From Erysipelotrichaceae bacterium MTC7 (GTDB taxonomy: Bacteria; Bacillota_I; Bacilli_A; Erysipelotrichales; Erysipelotrichaceae): a stretch of DNA of 32,000 bases. The stretch spans positions 195,922 through 227,921 of the forward strand of contig LVZN01000012.1 of assembly GCA_001695645.1 (NCBI GenBank), read 5' to 3'. Both the position numbers and the translations under genes were made by a program. Within the stretch, counting starts at the first letter, position 1. Each line of letters opens with the position of its first letter. The notes below the pieces were generated by a model. That model ran no database searches and was not told the origin of the DNA. It saw only the letters and a list, made by a program, of their open reading frames with translations. Shown here piece after piece: positions 9,369-24,213 of the stretch.

Positions 9369-9730
9369 TATACAACTAGAGTCCCAATTACCAGAAATGG
9401 TAGAAATGGGATTCTTTTTTTATGCATAGACAAGGAATACAACAAGCCAATTAGCGATCCGCATAGTACAACAACAAGCATGCACGATAGGCCAACTAGC
9501 AAATACACATAAAGTAAGTACTTTAAATCTGCACCACCAAGCATACCTTTCATGTAACCACACCACAACAGACAAAAAAATAAAATCGCAAGTAAAACAA
9601 AGTCAATTCTTGGGTTATTGTATATAAGTAAGTCGATATACAATAGACAGAAGAAGCGATCTTGAATAAAGTTTGACTCTATATCTTGTATACAAAGGTA
9701 ATAAAGTAGAAAATATGTTGTAGATTCCAT
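9356..9730 (-). CDS. Short A24-family aspartic (prepilin-type) peptidase, TadV/CpaA-like size
   Basis: Polytopic 124-aa membrane protein with two Asp motifs in A24-like contexts (IQDIESNFIQD and GGADLKYL). Its 3' end overlaps the 3' end of the convergent cyclo-ligase gene by 13 nt. Confidence 0.5.
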   Translation of the reverse strand: MESTTYFLLYYLCIQDIESNFIQDRFFCLLYIDLLIYNNPRIDFVLLAILFFCLLWCGYMKGMLGGADLKYLLYVYLLVGLSCMLVVVLCGSLIGLLYSLSMHKKRIPFLPFLVIGTLVVYYLW

Positions 9731-9743
9731 ACTTTATATACAA

Positions 9744-9772
9744 TTGAAAGTTATAAGTACCTAAAATATGAT
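9744..9772 (+). promoter_or_regulatory. Candidate promoter of the HAD hydrolase gene
   Basis: TTGAAA (9744-9749), 17-nt spacer, TATGAT (9767-9772). AAGAGG RBS before the ATG at 9800. Confidence 0.4.
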
Positions 9773-9799
9773 AAAATAGAAGACATTAAGAGGTATACA

Positions 9800-10558
9800 A
9801 TGAAAACATTTTTTATCGATTTAGATGGTACAATGTATCATGGAAGCATTATGATGGATGGTGCGCAAGAATTCCTTGATCGCATCAAAGCTAGTGGCAA
9901 CCGTTATGTTTTTCTAACAAACAATGCCACAAGAACCTTACAACAAAATAGGGAACACATGGAAGCCATTGGTTTTCGTGGAATTAAAGATGAAGATTTC
10001 TTTACATCAAGTATGGGGGCTGCCATGCACATTGCTCAAAATTATAAAGAACGCAATGCATTTATGATTGGTCGTGATGGTTTGCGTGAAGCATTACTGG
10101 ACAATGGTTTTACTATGACTGAAAAAGATGTCGATTTTGTCTTTGTAGGATTGGATAAAGAGGGGACGTATGAAGAGTATTCATATGCTTTGAAATTCTT
10201 ACTAAACGGTGCAAAGCTTGTTGGTACCAATAGTGATCGCCGCTTGGCAACGAGTGATGGTTACGCCATTGGTAATGGAAGTGTTGTTGCTTTGTTTGAG
10301 TACGCCAGTGAACAAGAAAGTGAAAAGATTGGAAAACCATATGCACCAATCTTGAATCAAGCATTGCGTCATTTTCAAATTGACAAAGCAGATGTCATCA
10401 TGGTCGGTGATAATTTAGAAACCGATATTGCACTTGGTGAAAATACTGGAATTGAAACGATTTTAATTACATGTGGTGTACATAAACGAGAAGATGTTCA
10501 AAAGTTGAAAATTGAGCCAACATATATTGTCGATGCATTTGATCAAATCAAAATGTAG
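9800..10558 (+). CDS. HAD-IIA family sugar/nitrophenyl phosphatase (NagD/YutF-like)
   Basis: Motif I FIDLDGTMY, motif II LTNN, and late motifs GKP and VGDNLETDI. Confidence 0.85.
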   Translation: MKTFFIDLDGTMYHGSIMMDGAQEFLDRIKASGNRYVFLTNNATRTLQQNREHMEAIGFRGIKDEDFFTSSMGAAMHIAQNYKERNAFMIGRDGLREALLDNGFTMTEKDVDFVFVGLDKEGTYEEYSYALKFLLNGAKLVGTNSDRRLATSDGYAIGNGSVVALFEYASEQESEKIGKPYAPILNQALRHFQIDKADVIMVGDNLETDIALGENTGIETILITCGVHKREDVQKLKIEPTYIVDAFDQIKM

Positions 10559-10580
10559 TGAAAAAATTAAACAAATTACG

Positions 10581-10594
10581 TGAAAGCGGTTGCA
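10581..10594 (+). promoter_or_regulatory. cre (CcpA catabolite-responsive element) candidate overlapping the licT promoter -35
   Basis: TGAAAGCGGTTGCA matches the Firmicute cre consensus TGWAANCGNTNWCA at 13 of 14 positions. Confidence 0.55.
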
Positions 10595-10617
10595 ATTGTG
10601 TGCAATTATGTTACAAT
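10590..10617 (+). promoter_or_regulatory. Promoter of the licT leader (extended -10)
   Basis: TTGCAA (10590-10595), 16-nt spacer, TGtTACAAT (10609-10617). Confidence 0.55.
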
Positions 10618-10629
10618 GCAATTGTAAAG

Positions 10630-10662
10630 TTGGATAGTGATTGTGATTAACAAGCTAAACCT
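10630..10662 (+). promoter_or_regulatory. RAT (ribonucleic antiterminator) element, LicT/BglG target
   Basis: TTGGATAGTGATTGTGATTAACAAGCTAAACC resembles the RAT pattern GGATTGTnACTG...CAGGCAAAACC. Its 3' end overlaps the left arm of the following terminator. Confidence 0.7.
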
Positions 10663-10722
10663 ATTTGCCCTTAATATGTATAAAAAGAATTTCTTTTTTG
10701 TATAGGGTAGATAGGTTTTTAT
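10657..10722 (+). terminator. Conditional intrinsic terminator overlapping the RAT
   Basis: AAACCTATTTGCCCT (10657-10671) pairs with AGGGTAGATAGGTTT (10704-10718): 15 bp including 2 G-U pairs, followed by TTTTAT. Confidence 0.7.
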
Positions 10723-10740
10723 ATTTTAGAAGGTGAGGAA

Positions 10741-11592
10741 ATGATGAAAATTGAGAAAATACTAAACAATAATGTCGTCGTCATTTTGGAAAAGAATCAA
10801 GAAGAAAAAATTGTAATGGGACGTGGCTTGGCTTTTGGCAAAAAAGTTGGAGAAGAAATTGATGATACAAAAATCGATAAAGAATTTGCCTTAACAAGTG
10901 ATGTTGCAAATTCACGATTTCAAGAATTAATTGTAGACATTCCACTTGAATATCTAGATCTTGCAGAAGATATTATCCGCTATGCAAAAACGAAACTAGG
11001 AAAGAAATTAGATGAAAATATTCACGTTTCACTAGTTGACCATATTTATACTGCAGTTGTTCGTCAAAAAGAGGGAATTAAAGTAAAAAATGCATTGTTG
11101 TGGGAGACTAAACGTTTCTATCCAGAGGAATATGCAATTGGACTTGAAGCATTAAAAATGATTGATGAACGATTTGATGTTCAACTGCTAAAAGATGAAG
11201 CAGCATTTATTGCATTGCATATTGTAAATGCAGAAATGAATGAACAAGATATTGAAGATGTATATGAAATAACACAAGTCATGCAAGAAATATCAAATAT
11301 TGTTAAGTATTACTTCAATGTGGATTTTGATGAAGATTCGGTTTATTTTTATCGCTTCATCACACATTTGAAGTTCTTTGCACAACGACTCGTGCATCAT
11401 AGTACATTTTCTGGCAGTCAAGAAGATGATGAATTGCTAGATGTGATTCGATTGAAATATAAAAATGCATATGAATGTGTACGAAACATTGCAAAGTTCA
11501 TTGTTGAAAAATACGATTATGTATTATCAAGTGAAGAGCAATTGTATCTTACCATTCATATTGAAAGAGTTATTTACAAAACAGATAAATAG
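10741..11592 (+). CDS. licT: BglG/LicT-family transcription antiterminator (CAT + PRD1 + PRD2)
   Basis: The N-terminal CAT domain (KIEKILNNNVVVILEKNQEEKIVMGRGLAFGKK) and two PRD-like halves with conserved His contexts (SLVDHIYTAV, FIALHIVNA, RFITHLKFF, LYLTIHIERV). The start could be 10741 or 10744. Confidence 0.9.
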   Translation: MMKIEKILNNNVVVILEKNQEEKIVMGRGLAFGKKVGEEIDDTKIDKEFALTSDVANSRFQELIVDIPLEYLDLAEDIIRYAKTKLGKKLDENIHVSLVDHIYTAVVRQKEGIKVKNALLWETKRFYPEEYAIGLEALKMIDERFDVQLLKDEAAFIALHIVNAEMNEQDIEDVYEITQVMQEISNIVKYYFNVDFDEDSVYFYRFITHLKFFAQRLVHHSTFSGSQEDDELLDVIRLKYKNAYECVRNIAKFIVEKYDYVLSSEEQLYLTIHIERVIYKTDK

Positions 11593-11633
11593 AATTGATT
11601 TTTCATAAACGTTAACGATGAAAGGAGGGGCGT

Positions 11634-11647
11634 TCATAACGTTTACA
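11634..11647. promoter_or_regulatory. Second cre-like palindrome between licT and the PTS gene
   Basis: The reverse complement TGTAAACGTTATGA matches TGWAANCGNTNWCA at 13 of 14 positions. It lies within an imperfect hairpin, TAAACGTTA...TAACGTTTA (11606-11646). Confidence 0.4.
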
Positions 11648-11656
11648 AAAATATAT

Positions 11657-13613
<1,957 letters not shown>

Positions 13614-13621
13614 AAACATGC

Positions 13622-13655
13622 AAAACATTAGGGAGACCTAATGTTTTGTTGCCTT
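13622..13655 (+). terminator. Intrinsic terminator after the PTS gene
   Basis: AAAACATTAGG (13622-13632), loop GAGA, CCTAATGTTTT (13637-13647), then GTTGCCTTTAT. Confidence 0.75.
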
Positions 13656-13693
13656 TATAGATAAAAAAGAATAAAAATAATGCATTTATTGCC

Positions 13694-15197
<1,504 letters not shown>

Positions 15198-15207
15198 TTA
15201 AATCATT

Positions 15208-15261
15208 GCCTGTTTATGATGTACCGAGAACTGGTAGTTGATAAACAGGCTTTATTATTTT
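15208..15261 (+). terminator. Hairpin terminator after GH1 gene 1
   Basis: GCCTGTTTAT (15208-15217) pairs with ATAAACAGGC (15241-15250), followed by TTTATTATTTT. The loop is long (23 nt). Confidence 0.6.
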
Positions 15262-15292
15262 ACTAAAGAAAAAGAAAGAAACAGGAGGAACT

Positions 15293-18101
<2,809 letters not shown>

Positions 18102-18109
18102 TATTACAC

Positions 18110-18146
18110 AAAGATGATCATCAATTGGTCATCTTTTCACTTTTTC
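18110..18146 (+). terminator. Intrinsic terminator ending the glucosidase operon
   Basis: AAAGATGATCA / TGGTCATCTTT stem (one G-U pair), loop TCAAT, then TCACTTTTT. Confidence 0.7.
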
Positions 18147-18376
18147 CGTGTTCGAATAGAAATCTACATACTGAGCAAACAATCGCTGCAAACGCATAAT
18201 AAAGTTGTATAAAAAGGGGTGTATGTCCCTTTTTATATATATTCAATAGATATGTAGCATAAGATGTTCAAATAAGCCGATGTTTATCGCGTATAATCGA
18301 ATTGTCAGTAACAATATTTTGATAAAGTGAAAGCGCTTATATTGACTTTAAAGTTAAAACTTGATAACCTATAGAT

Positions 18377-18507
18377 AGGTAGTGATGCCTCGTGGTTAAT
18401 CGCTTAATTATCTTTTTCCCCACCCATAGAAAGATAATTGAATTTCTCCCCAGATTAATTACGGAAAGATCGTTAAGAGGCATGTAAGTGTCTCTTATTT
18501 TGTTTTC
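18377..18507 (+). ncRNA. Candidate structured RNA with two C-rich single-stranded segments and a strong terminator. Either an sRNA of the C-rich RsaE/RoxS style or a cis-acting leader of the NUDIX gene.
   Basis: Possible promoter: TTGACT (18342-18347), 17-nt spacer, TGaTAACCT. Hairpin 18406-18439 (AATTATCTTT / AAAGATAATT) has the loop UUCCCCACCCAUAG. An unpaired UUUCUCCCCAG lies at 18443-18453. The terminator at 18474-18507 has a 10-bp stem, a GUAA tetraloop and UUUUGUUUUC. An alternative pairing exists between AUGCCUC (18385-18391) and GAGGCAU (18477-18483). Confidence 0.35.
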
Positions 18508-18566
18508 TTGGAGGAGTTAGGTATAATAGATATATAAAGGATAGATAAAAGGAAAGGAATGTAAAT

Positions 18567-19085
18567 ATGTTAATTGCCATTCTAGAAGATCGCGTTTTTA
18601 GAAAACGCACAAAAGAGCCATACCTAAAACGTTGGACAGTCCGTTGTTTCGTTTATAACGAGAACGATGAACTTGTTTTCTTACGTATTAAGGGAACGGA
18701 TGCCCTTGGTCGTAGAAATCATTTAGAAACCATTGGTGGTGGGGTTGAAAATGAGGAAAGTTTAGAAGACGCAGTAAAACGAGAAATTCGTGAAGAGATT
18801 GGATATGAGTGCGAGATTATCGATAATATTGGATATGTAGTTGATCATTACAATTCGTTAAATCGTGAAACGATTTCAAATTACTTTGTGGTGAAGCTCA
18901 CAAACTATATTGGCGGGGAGTCACGTTCAGAGGAAGAAGAAGCACTGATTGAAGGTACAGAGGCATATAGTGAATCTGAAGTGATGGGTATGCTAAAAGA
19001 TTATACAAAGCGCAGTGTGAATGAACTTGTGCAACGTCGTGATCTAATCGCTTTTGAATATTATGTAAAACATAAACACAACTAA
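18567..19085 (+). CDS. NUDIX-family hydrolase
   Basis: NUDIX box GGGVENEESLEDAVKREIREEIGYE (GX5EX7REUXEEXGU); 172 aa. Confidence 0.85.
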   Translation: MLIAILEDRVFRKRTKEPYLKRWTVRCFVYNENDELVFLRIKGTDALGRRNHLETIGGGVENEESLEDAVKREIREEIGYECEIIDNIGYVVDHYNSLNRETISNYFVVKLTNYIGGESRSEEEEALIEGTEAYSESEVMGMLKDYTKRSVNELVQRRDLIAFEYYVKHKHN

Positions 19086-19086
19086 G

Positions 19087-19126
19087 AAAGACGGGTCCAA
19101 CCTAAATAAGGTAGAGCCCGTCTTTT
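19087..19126. terminator. Bidirectional terminator between the NUDIX gene and maa
   Basis: AAAGACGGG (19087-19095) pairs with CCCGTCTTT (19117-19125), with T/A runs on both sides. Confidence 0.7.
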
Positions 19127-19129
19127 ATG

Positions 19130-19717
19130 CTATTTATAGTTTGTTTTATCCGCTTCTGTAATAGGACGAAGCACTTTGCATGGATTTCCTGCTGCAACTA
19201 CATTGGCTGGGATATCTTTAGTTACAACACTTCCTGAACCAATGATAGTACCATCACCAATTTGTACACCTTGATTGATGTGAACACCTGCACCTATCCA
19301 AACATCATTTCCAATACTGACAGGCTTAGCGTAGCATGCACCATATCTACGTTCCGTCGCATCGATGGCGTGGTTTGCTGTGTAGATGCCAACACGAGGA
19401 CCAAATAGTACGTGATTTCCAATGGTAATGGGTGCACCATCCAGCATTATGCAATCGAAATTTGCATAGAAGTTGTCACCAATGGTGATGTTAAAACCAA
19501 ACTCACAACGAAAGTTGGGTTCGAAATACGGGTTTTTACCAACCTTATGGAACAGTTTTTGTAATATCGCTTCGCGTTCAGTAGCAGATTTTTCATAACT
19601 TTGATTGTAGGCATTAGTCATTAGAACGGCTTGTTTTCTTGCTTCTACCAGCTGTGAATCAAGATCGTTGTACATTTCACCAAGCAACATTTGTTGTTTT
19701 AATTTGTCAAAGTTCAT
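19130..19717 (-). CDS. maa: Sugar O-acetyltransferase (maltose/galactoside acetyltransferase family, left-handed beta-helix)
   Basis: Maa-type N-terminal helix region (MLLGEMYND...) followed by hexapeptide repeats (IGNHVLFGPRVGIYT, IGNDVWIGAGVHINQGVQIGDGTIIGSGSVV). Confidence 0.88.
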   Translation of the reverse strand: MNFDKLKQQMLLGEMYNDLDSQLVEARKQAVLMTNAYNQSYEKSATEREAILQKLFHKVGKNPYFEPNFRCEFGFNITIGDNFYANFDCIMLDGAPITIGNHVLFGPRVGIYTANHAIDATERRYGACYAKPVSIGNDVWIGAGVHINQGVQIGDGTIIGSGSVVTKDIPANVVAAGNPCKVLRPITEADKTNYK

Positions 19718-19722
19718 AGCAT

Positions 19723-20511
19723 TTATTTAGCTAATTCTTGTATTTCAACAAGACAACTATCCTTTCTTTCTTGATGTAAACTTGGTAGGCGATGAATGAT
19801 GCAAATACCAGGTTTTTTTACTAATTTGTAGATATCTTGTATGGTTTGATCCAAATCATCAGTAGAACAGTGGACTTCTTTTAACTGTAAATCACGATAT
19901 GTATACACCGGATAACTTGGATCCACTTCTAGTGTTGCGGATACAGGGACAACAATATTTGCGTTTTCACCTTCTTTAAAAATCACCATTTTTGAGATGG
20001 TCGAGCGACTTAAATTATGTTTCTTAATAAACTCGCGTAGGGCTGTTCGATACTTAATATAATCTTCCAAGTCCATATGAAGGATTTTTTTTAAGTCGAT
20101 AGCAATTAATGCGAAACGTAAATATGGAAGGTCAACATCATGTATTTGTGGTGATGGTTGCTCCAAACTCTTTTCATAATAGGTAAGCTTTTCTTGTTTG
20201 TTTTTTATGGTTTCAAGTTCTTTTTCTAGTTTTTCACGTTTTTCTTTCAATAAGGTTTCGTAGTCTAGGTTTGGTGTTTCAAGCATGATTTTAATTTCAT
20301 CTAATGAAAAGCCAACGTATTGCAATCGCTGAATTTGAATCAGCGTCCCAGACTGACCTTTTTCGTAATATCGATAATTGCTGTCTGGATCGACATAAAC
20401 AGGTGAAAGCATGCCTAAAGAATCATAATAACGTAATCTTTGTACACTGACATCGTTAAGTTTTGCCATTTCTCCAATTGATAAATATTTTTCCATATTT
20501 CTAGTATACAT
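19723..20511 (-). CDS. MerR-family transcriptional regulator with a roughly 150-aa C-terminal putative effector domain
   Basis: N-terminal MerR wHTH (LSIGEMAKLNDVSVQRLRYYDSLGMLSPVYVDPDSNYRYY), then a coiled-coil (KEKREKLEKELETIKNKQEKL). The C-terminal domain is not recognised. The start is 20511 or 20496, and neither has a clear RBS. Confidence 0.85.
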   Translation of the reverse strand: MYTRNMEKYLSIGEMAKLNDVSVQRLRYYDSLGMLSPVYVDPDSNYRYYEKGQSGTLIQIQRLQYVGFSLDEIKIMLETPNLDYETLLKEKREKLEKELETIKNKQEKLTYYEKSLEQPSPQIHDVDLPYLRFALIAIDLKKILHMDLEDYIKYRTALREFIKKHNLSRSTISKMVIFKEGENANIVVPVSATLEVDPSYPVYTYRDLQLKEVHCSTDDLDQTIQDIYKLVKKPGICIIHRLPSLHQERKDSCLVEIQELAK

Positions 20512-20513
20512 GA

Positions 20514-21288
<775 letters not shown>

Positions 21289-21290
<2 letters not shown>

Positions 21291-21318
21291 AAAGACGCTT
21301 ATGCGTCTTTTGTTTTTT
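21289..21318. terminator. Bidirectional terminator shared by the NagB-like and radical SAM genes
   Basis: AAAGACGC TTAT GCGTCTTT followed by TGTTTTTT. The stop codon of the minus-strand gene lies in the loop. Confidence 0.7.
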
Positions 21319-22252
21319 CTAGAGCTTTTCCTTGCCATGTGTTTTTAGCAACCATGCGTTTATCAATGTCGTTGAGGACAATGGTTTTCTTAAACATCCA
21401 TTCGGACCCTATTTGTTCACCGCGAATGCCATCACCTGTTAAGCGTTGAATGATGATGTGTTTAGGCAATACTTCAAGTTGTGAAACAACAACATCAATA
21501 TACTCATCTTTATCAAGCATCTTAAATGGGTGGGCTAGGTATGCCTGACCTAGAACGGTCTCTTTTAATATGTACAACATATGAATCTTCACTGCGTGAA
21601 TTGGCAACTGTCCAACTTTATATGCATTTTGAATCATTGCTTCTTTACTTTCACCAGGTAAGGAATTCATTAGATGGACACATATTTTTAGATTGGTTTT
21701 TGCCAAACGATCAATCGTATCTAAGAAGCATTGATATGTATGTCCACGATTTAACTTTGCGGCAATTGTATCGTCTGTTGTTTGTAAACCAAGTTCCACC
21801 CAAATATCTTTCTTTCGACTGATAAAATCAAGGTAGTCAATCATCTCGTCACTAAGACAGTCTGCGCGTGTAGCTAAGGCGATGGCAACAACTTCATCTT
21901 TGTTTAAAAATGGTTTTAGCATCTTTGAGACGTCTTCAACGCTTGCATAGGTGTTGGTATACGCTTGAAAATAAGCGATGGCTTTACCATTTGGCCACTT
22001 GTGTAACATAACCTTTAAATTTTCTTGGTATTGTTTTGCCAACGGTTCAAACATTGCTTCAATGGTATCTCCACTCCCATAACTACTACAAAATGTGCAA
22101 CCACCAACACCTGCGGTTCCATCACGGTTGGGACAACTAAAATTTGCGTTTAAAGCAACTTTGAATACTTTGCTGTCATATTTTGTTTTTAAATAGTGAC
22201 TCCACGTATAATAACGCTTATTGTCATCACTGTACGGAAATGGATTATTCAT
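21299..22252 (-). CDS. Radical SAM protein, TIGR01212 (YhcC-like) family
   Basis: N-terminal FKVALNANFSCPNRDGTAGVGGCTFCS cluster motif characteristic of this family; 317 aa. Confidence 0.85.
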   Translation of the reverse strand: MNNPFPYSDDNKRYYTWSHYLKTKYDSKVFKVALNANFSCPNRDGTAGVGGCTFCSSYGSGDTIEAMFEPLAKQYQENLKVMLHKWPNGKAIAYFQAYTNTYASVEDVSKMLKPFLNKDEVVAIALATRADCLSDEMIDYLDFISRKKDIWVELGLQTTDDTIAAKLNRGHTYQCFLDTIDRLAKTNLKICVHLMNSLPGESKEAMIQNAYKVGQLPIHAVKIHMLYILKETVLGQAYLAHPFKMLDKDEYIDVVVSQLEVLPKHIIIQRLTGDGIRGEQIGSEWMFKKTIVLNDIDKRMVAKNTWQGKALEKTKDA

Positions 22253-22300
22253 GCTTCTTATCTTAACACAGAACCACTTTTGTGTTAATCTTTATAGGAA

Positions 22301-22999
22301 ATGATTGAAACAAAACAGATTGTAATTGATGGGTATAAGATTACGTATCAATTGGAAAAAAAGAAAATGAAAAATATGGTAATGCGCATCCAAGAAGATG
22401 GTTCTTTAAAAGTTAGTGCCAACCCGTATATTCCGCAACATAAAATTGATTCTTTCTTGCAAGAACGGCTTTCTTGGATTTTAGCTAAACAAGAAAAACA
22501 GCATGCAATTTTTGATCGCATCTTTACGACTATCGAAAAGAACCGTGATTTATATCTTTTTGATGAAGCGTATACAATCATTTGCGTGCAATCCAATAAA
22601 AAAGGGATTCAATTCTTAGACAAGAATGTATATGTGTATTATGTTAATGATAAAGCAGAATGTGATACACAACTTCATAAGTGGATTCGTCAAGAATGTG
22701 AAAAGCGTTTTACATCAGTAATTCATGAATTTGATCACATGCTCCAAGATTATCGAATTTCATTTCCAACACTAAAAGTACGTAAAATGAAATCGCGGTG
22801 GGGAAGTTGTGCAACAAGAAGCAATCTAATTACTTTAAATACAAACTTGCTTCATTTACCAAAGTCGTTTTGTGAGTATGTGGTGTTACACGAACTTGCG
22901 CACTTTGTACAACCAAACCATAGTAAGCACTTTTATCAAATCATTGAAAATTATATGCCAGATTATAAAGTGCGTACCAAACTGATTAATCAATTATAG
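22301..22999 (+). CDS. YgjP-like DUF45 zinc metallopeptidase/hydrolase (M48 superfamily)
   Basis: SRWGSC motif and HELAHFVQPNHSKHFY (HExxH plus downstream His); 232 aa. Confidence 0.8.
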   Translation: MIETKQIVIDGYKITYQLEKKKMKNMVMRIQEDGSLKVSANPYIPQHKIDSFLQERLSWILAKQEKQHAIFDRIFTTIEKNRDLYLFDEAYTIICVQSNKKGIQFLDKNVYVYYVNDKAECDTQLHKWIRQECEKRFTSVIHEFDHMLQDYRISFPTLKVRKMKSRWGSCATRSNLITLNTNLLHLPKSFCEYVVLHELAHFVQPNHSKHFYQIIENYMPDYKVRTKLINQL

Positions 23000-23007
23000 G
23001 AGGTCTC

Positions 23008-23565
23008 ATGACAAAACATGTAAATTGGGTCTTGTTTCGTTCATTTGTCATAGCTGGAACATTCACCTTTGCAGGAGGGTTGGCAATGTTGCCGCTTTTA
23101 CAAAAGGAAATTGTCGATAAGCATAAACTTATGAACAAAGACGAGTTTTTAGAAGATGCGATTATGGCACAAACCTTACCAGGAATCATAGCATTGAATA
23201 GTGCTTGTTTCGTTGGTAAGAAAAGTAATGGAATATCAGGAATGATTGCTGCTGCCTTAGGAAGTATTTTACCTGCGTTTGTCTTTATGTTGCTTGCCAC
23301 GATACTATATGCATATATTCCACAAGAAGGACCACTACAAACGGCGTTTGTGGGTATACGTGCTTCCGCTGTGGCCTTTATATTTGCTGCTGCAATTTCT
23401 ATTGGTCAACACGCTTTGAACCACAAAGTTAACTGGTTAATTATGATATTAAGTTTTCTAGTGATTGTCGTGTTTAATTTCCAAGCACCTTATGTAATTT
23501 TATTTGCTGGTATCTTTGGAATTATCTACTATAGTTATATAAAAAAAGAAGGAGGTAAGGTGTAA
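23008..23565 (+). CDS. chrA: Chromate transporter family protein (half-size, first of pair)
   Basis: Polytopic 185 aa with AGTFTFAGGLAMLPLLQKE (CHR-family GGxxA motif). Start/stop coupled to the next half-size paralog. Confidence 0.8.
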   Translation: MTKHVNWVLFRSFVIAGTFTFAGGLAMLPLLQKEIVDKHKLMNKDEFLEDAIMAQTLPGIIALNSACFVGKKSNGISGMIAAALGSILPAFVFMLLATILYAYIPQEGPLQTAFVGIRASAVAFIFAAAISIGQHALNHKVNWLIMILSFLVIVVFNFQAPYVILFAGIFGIIYYSYIKKEGGKV

Positions 23566-24128
23566 TGCTAATCCAAATTCTTCTTGCGTTTCTAAAGGTC
23601 GGTTTCCTTGGTTTTGGTGGTGGATATGCCATGTTATCGATGGTGCTTGATGAATCGCTGAAACTAGGACTTACGGTTCACCAATTTGCAGACTTGAATG
23701 CACTAGATATGTTGATACCAGGTCCCATTGCCATCAATGCGGCAACGTATGTGGGATATCTAGCAGATGGTTTTGCTGGTGCAACTGTTGCAACTGCAGC
23801 TGTTTGTGTGCCATCGTTTGTCTTGGTACCGCTATTCATCAAATTCAAACGGACCTTTGCCAATAACCCTAAGGTGAACCAATTTCTTGATATGGTCAAG
23901 CCTGCAGCCGTTGGACTGGTAGCTAGTGCAGGCTTTACGTTGTTTTTGGGGGTTGTCTTCGGGGTGGATACATTTCAAGATTTACTTGCTAAGGTACATC
24001 CACCTGATGTATTTGCATTGGTTGTAGTGATTGTTTGTAGTTATTTACACATCAAAAAAAATGTCAATCCAATCTTGTTGACGGTAGTCTCAGGTATCAT
24101 CGGTTTTGGCCTATATTATATAATGTAA
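23565..24128 (+). CDS. chrA: Chromate transporter family protein (half-size, second of pair)
   Basis: LKVGFLGFGGGYAMLSM motif; 187 aa, polytopic. The ATG overlaps the upstream stop (TAATG). Confidence 0.8.
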   Translation: MLIQILLAFLKVGFLGFGGGYAMLSMVLDESLKLGLTVHQFADLNALDMLIPGPIAINAATYVGYLADGFAGATVATAAVCVPSFVLVPLFIKFKRTFANNPKVNQFLDMVKPAAVGLVASAGFTLFLGVVFGVDTFQDLLAKVHPPDVFALVVVIVCSYLHIKKNVNPILLTVVSGIIGFGLYYIM

Positions 24129-24142
24129 AACGATGGCGTTAG
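24115..24142. repeat. Left copy of a perfect 28-bp direct repeat (ATTATATAATGTAAAACGATGGCGTTAG)
   Basis: Identical to 27360-27387; the flanking bases differ on both sides. It contains the last codons and stop of chrA plus the left arm and loop of the ancestral terminator. Confidence 0.95.
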
Positions 24143-24213
24143 ACTTGGGCATTTTTTGGTGGAGCGCATCATAATAATATAAAATTAAGTGAAAGTCATT
24201 ATATCTACCTAAC

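Noticed and set aside
18211-18234. Extra hairpin AAAAAGGG...CCCTTTTT about 70 nt after the operon terminator, flanked by a CTACATA / TATGTAG inverted repeat
   Set aside because: It looks like a second, bidirectional terminator, but only 3 G-C pairs carry the stem and I find no gene or promoter it would serve. Noted as possible redundancy rather than a feature.
18377-18507. Assignment of the NUDIX-upstream RNA to the ykkC subtype 2c (NDP-sensing, NUDIX-associated) or NAD+ riboswitch classes
   Set aside because: I could not find the conserved ykkC-type core sequences (such as the GGGA/ACGR-containing junctions) or the tandem nadA-type bulged stems. The class is left open.
21526-21822. 98-aa plus-strand ORF inside the radical SAM gene
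   Set aside because: Antisense shadow ORF within a well-supported gene; no RBS.
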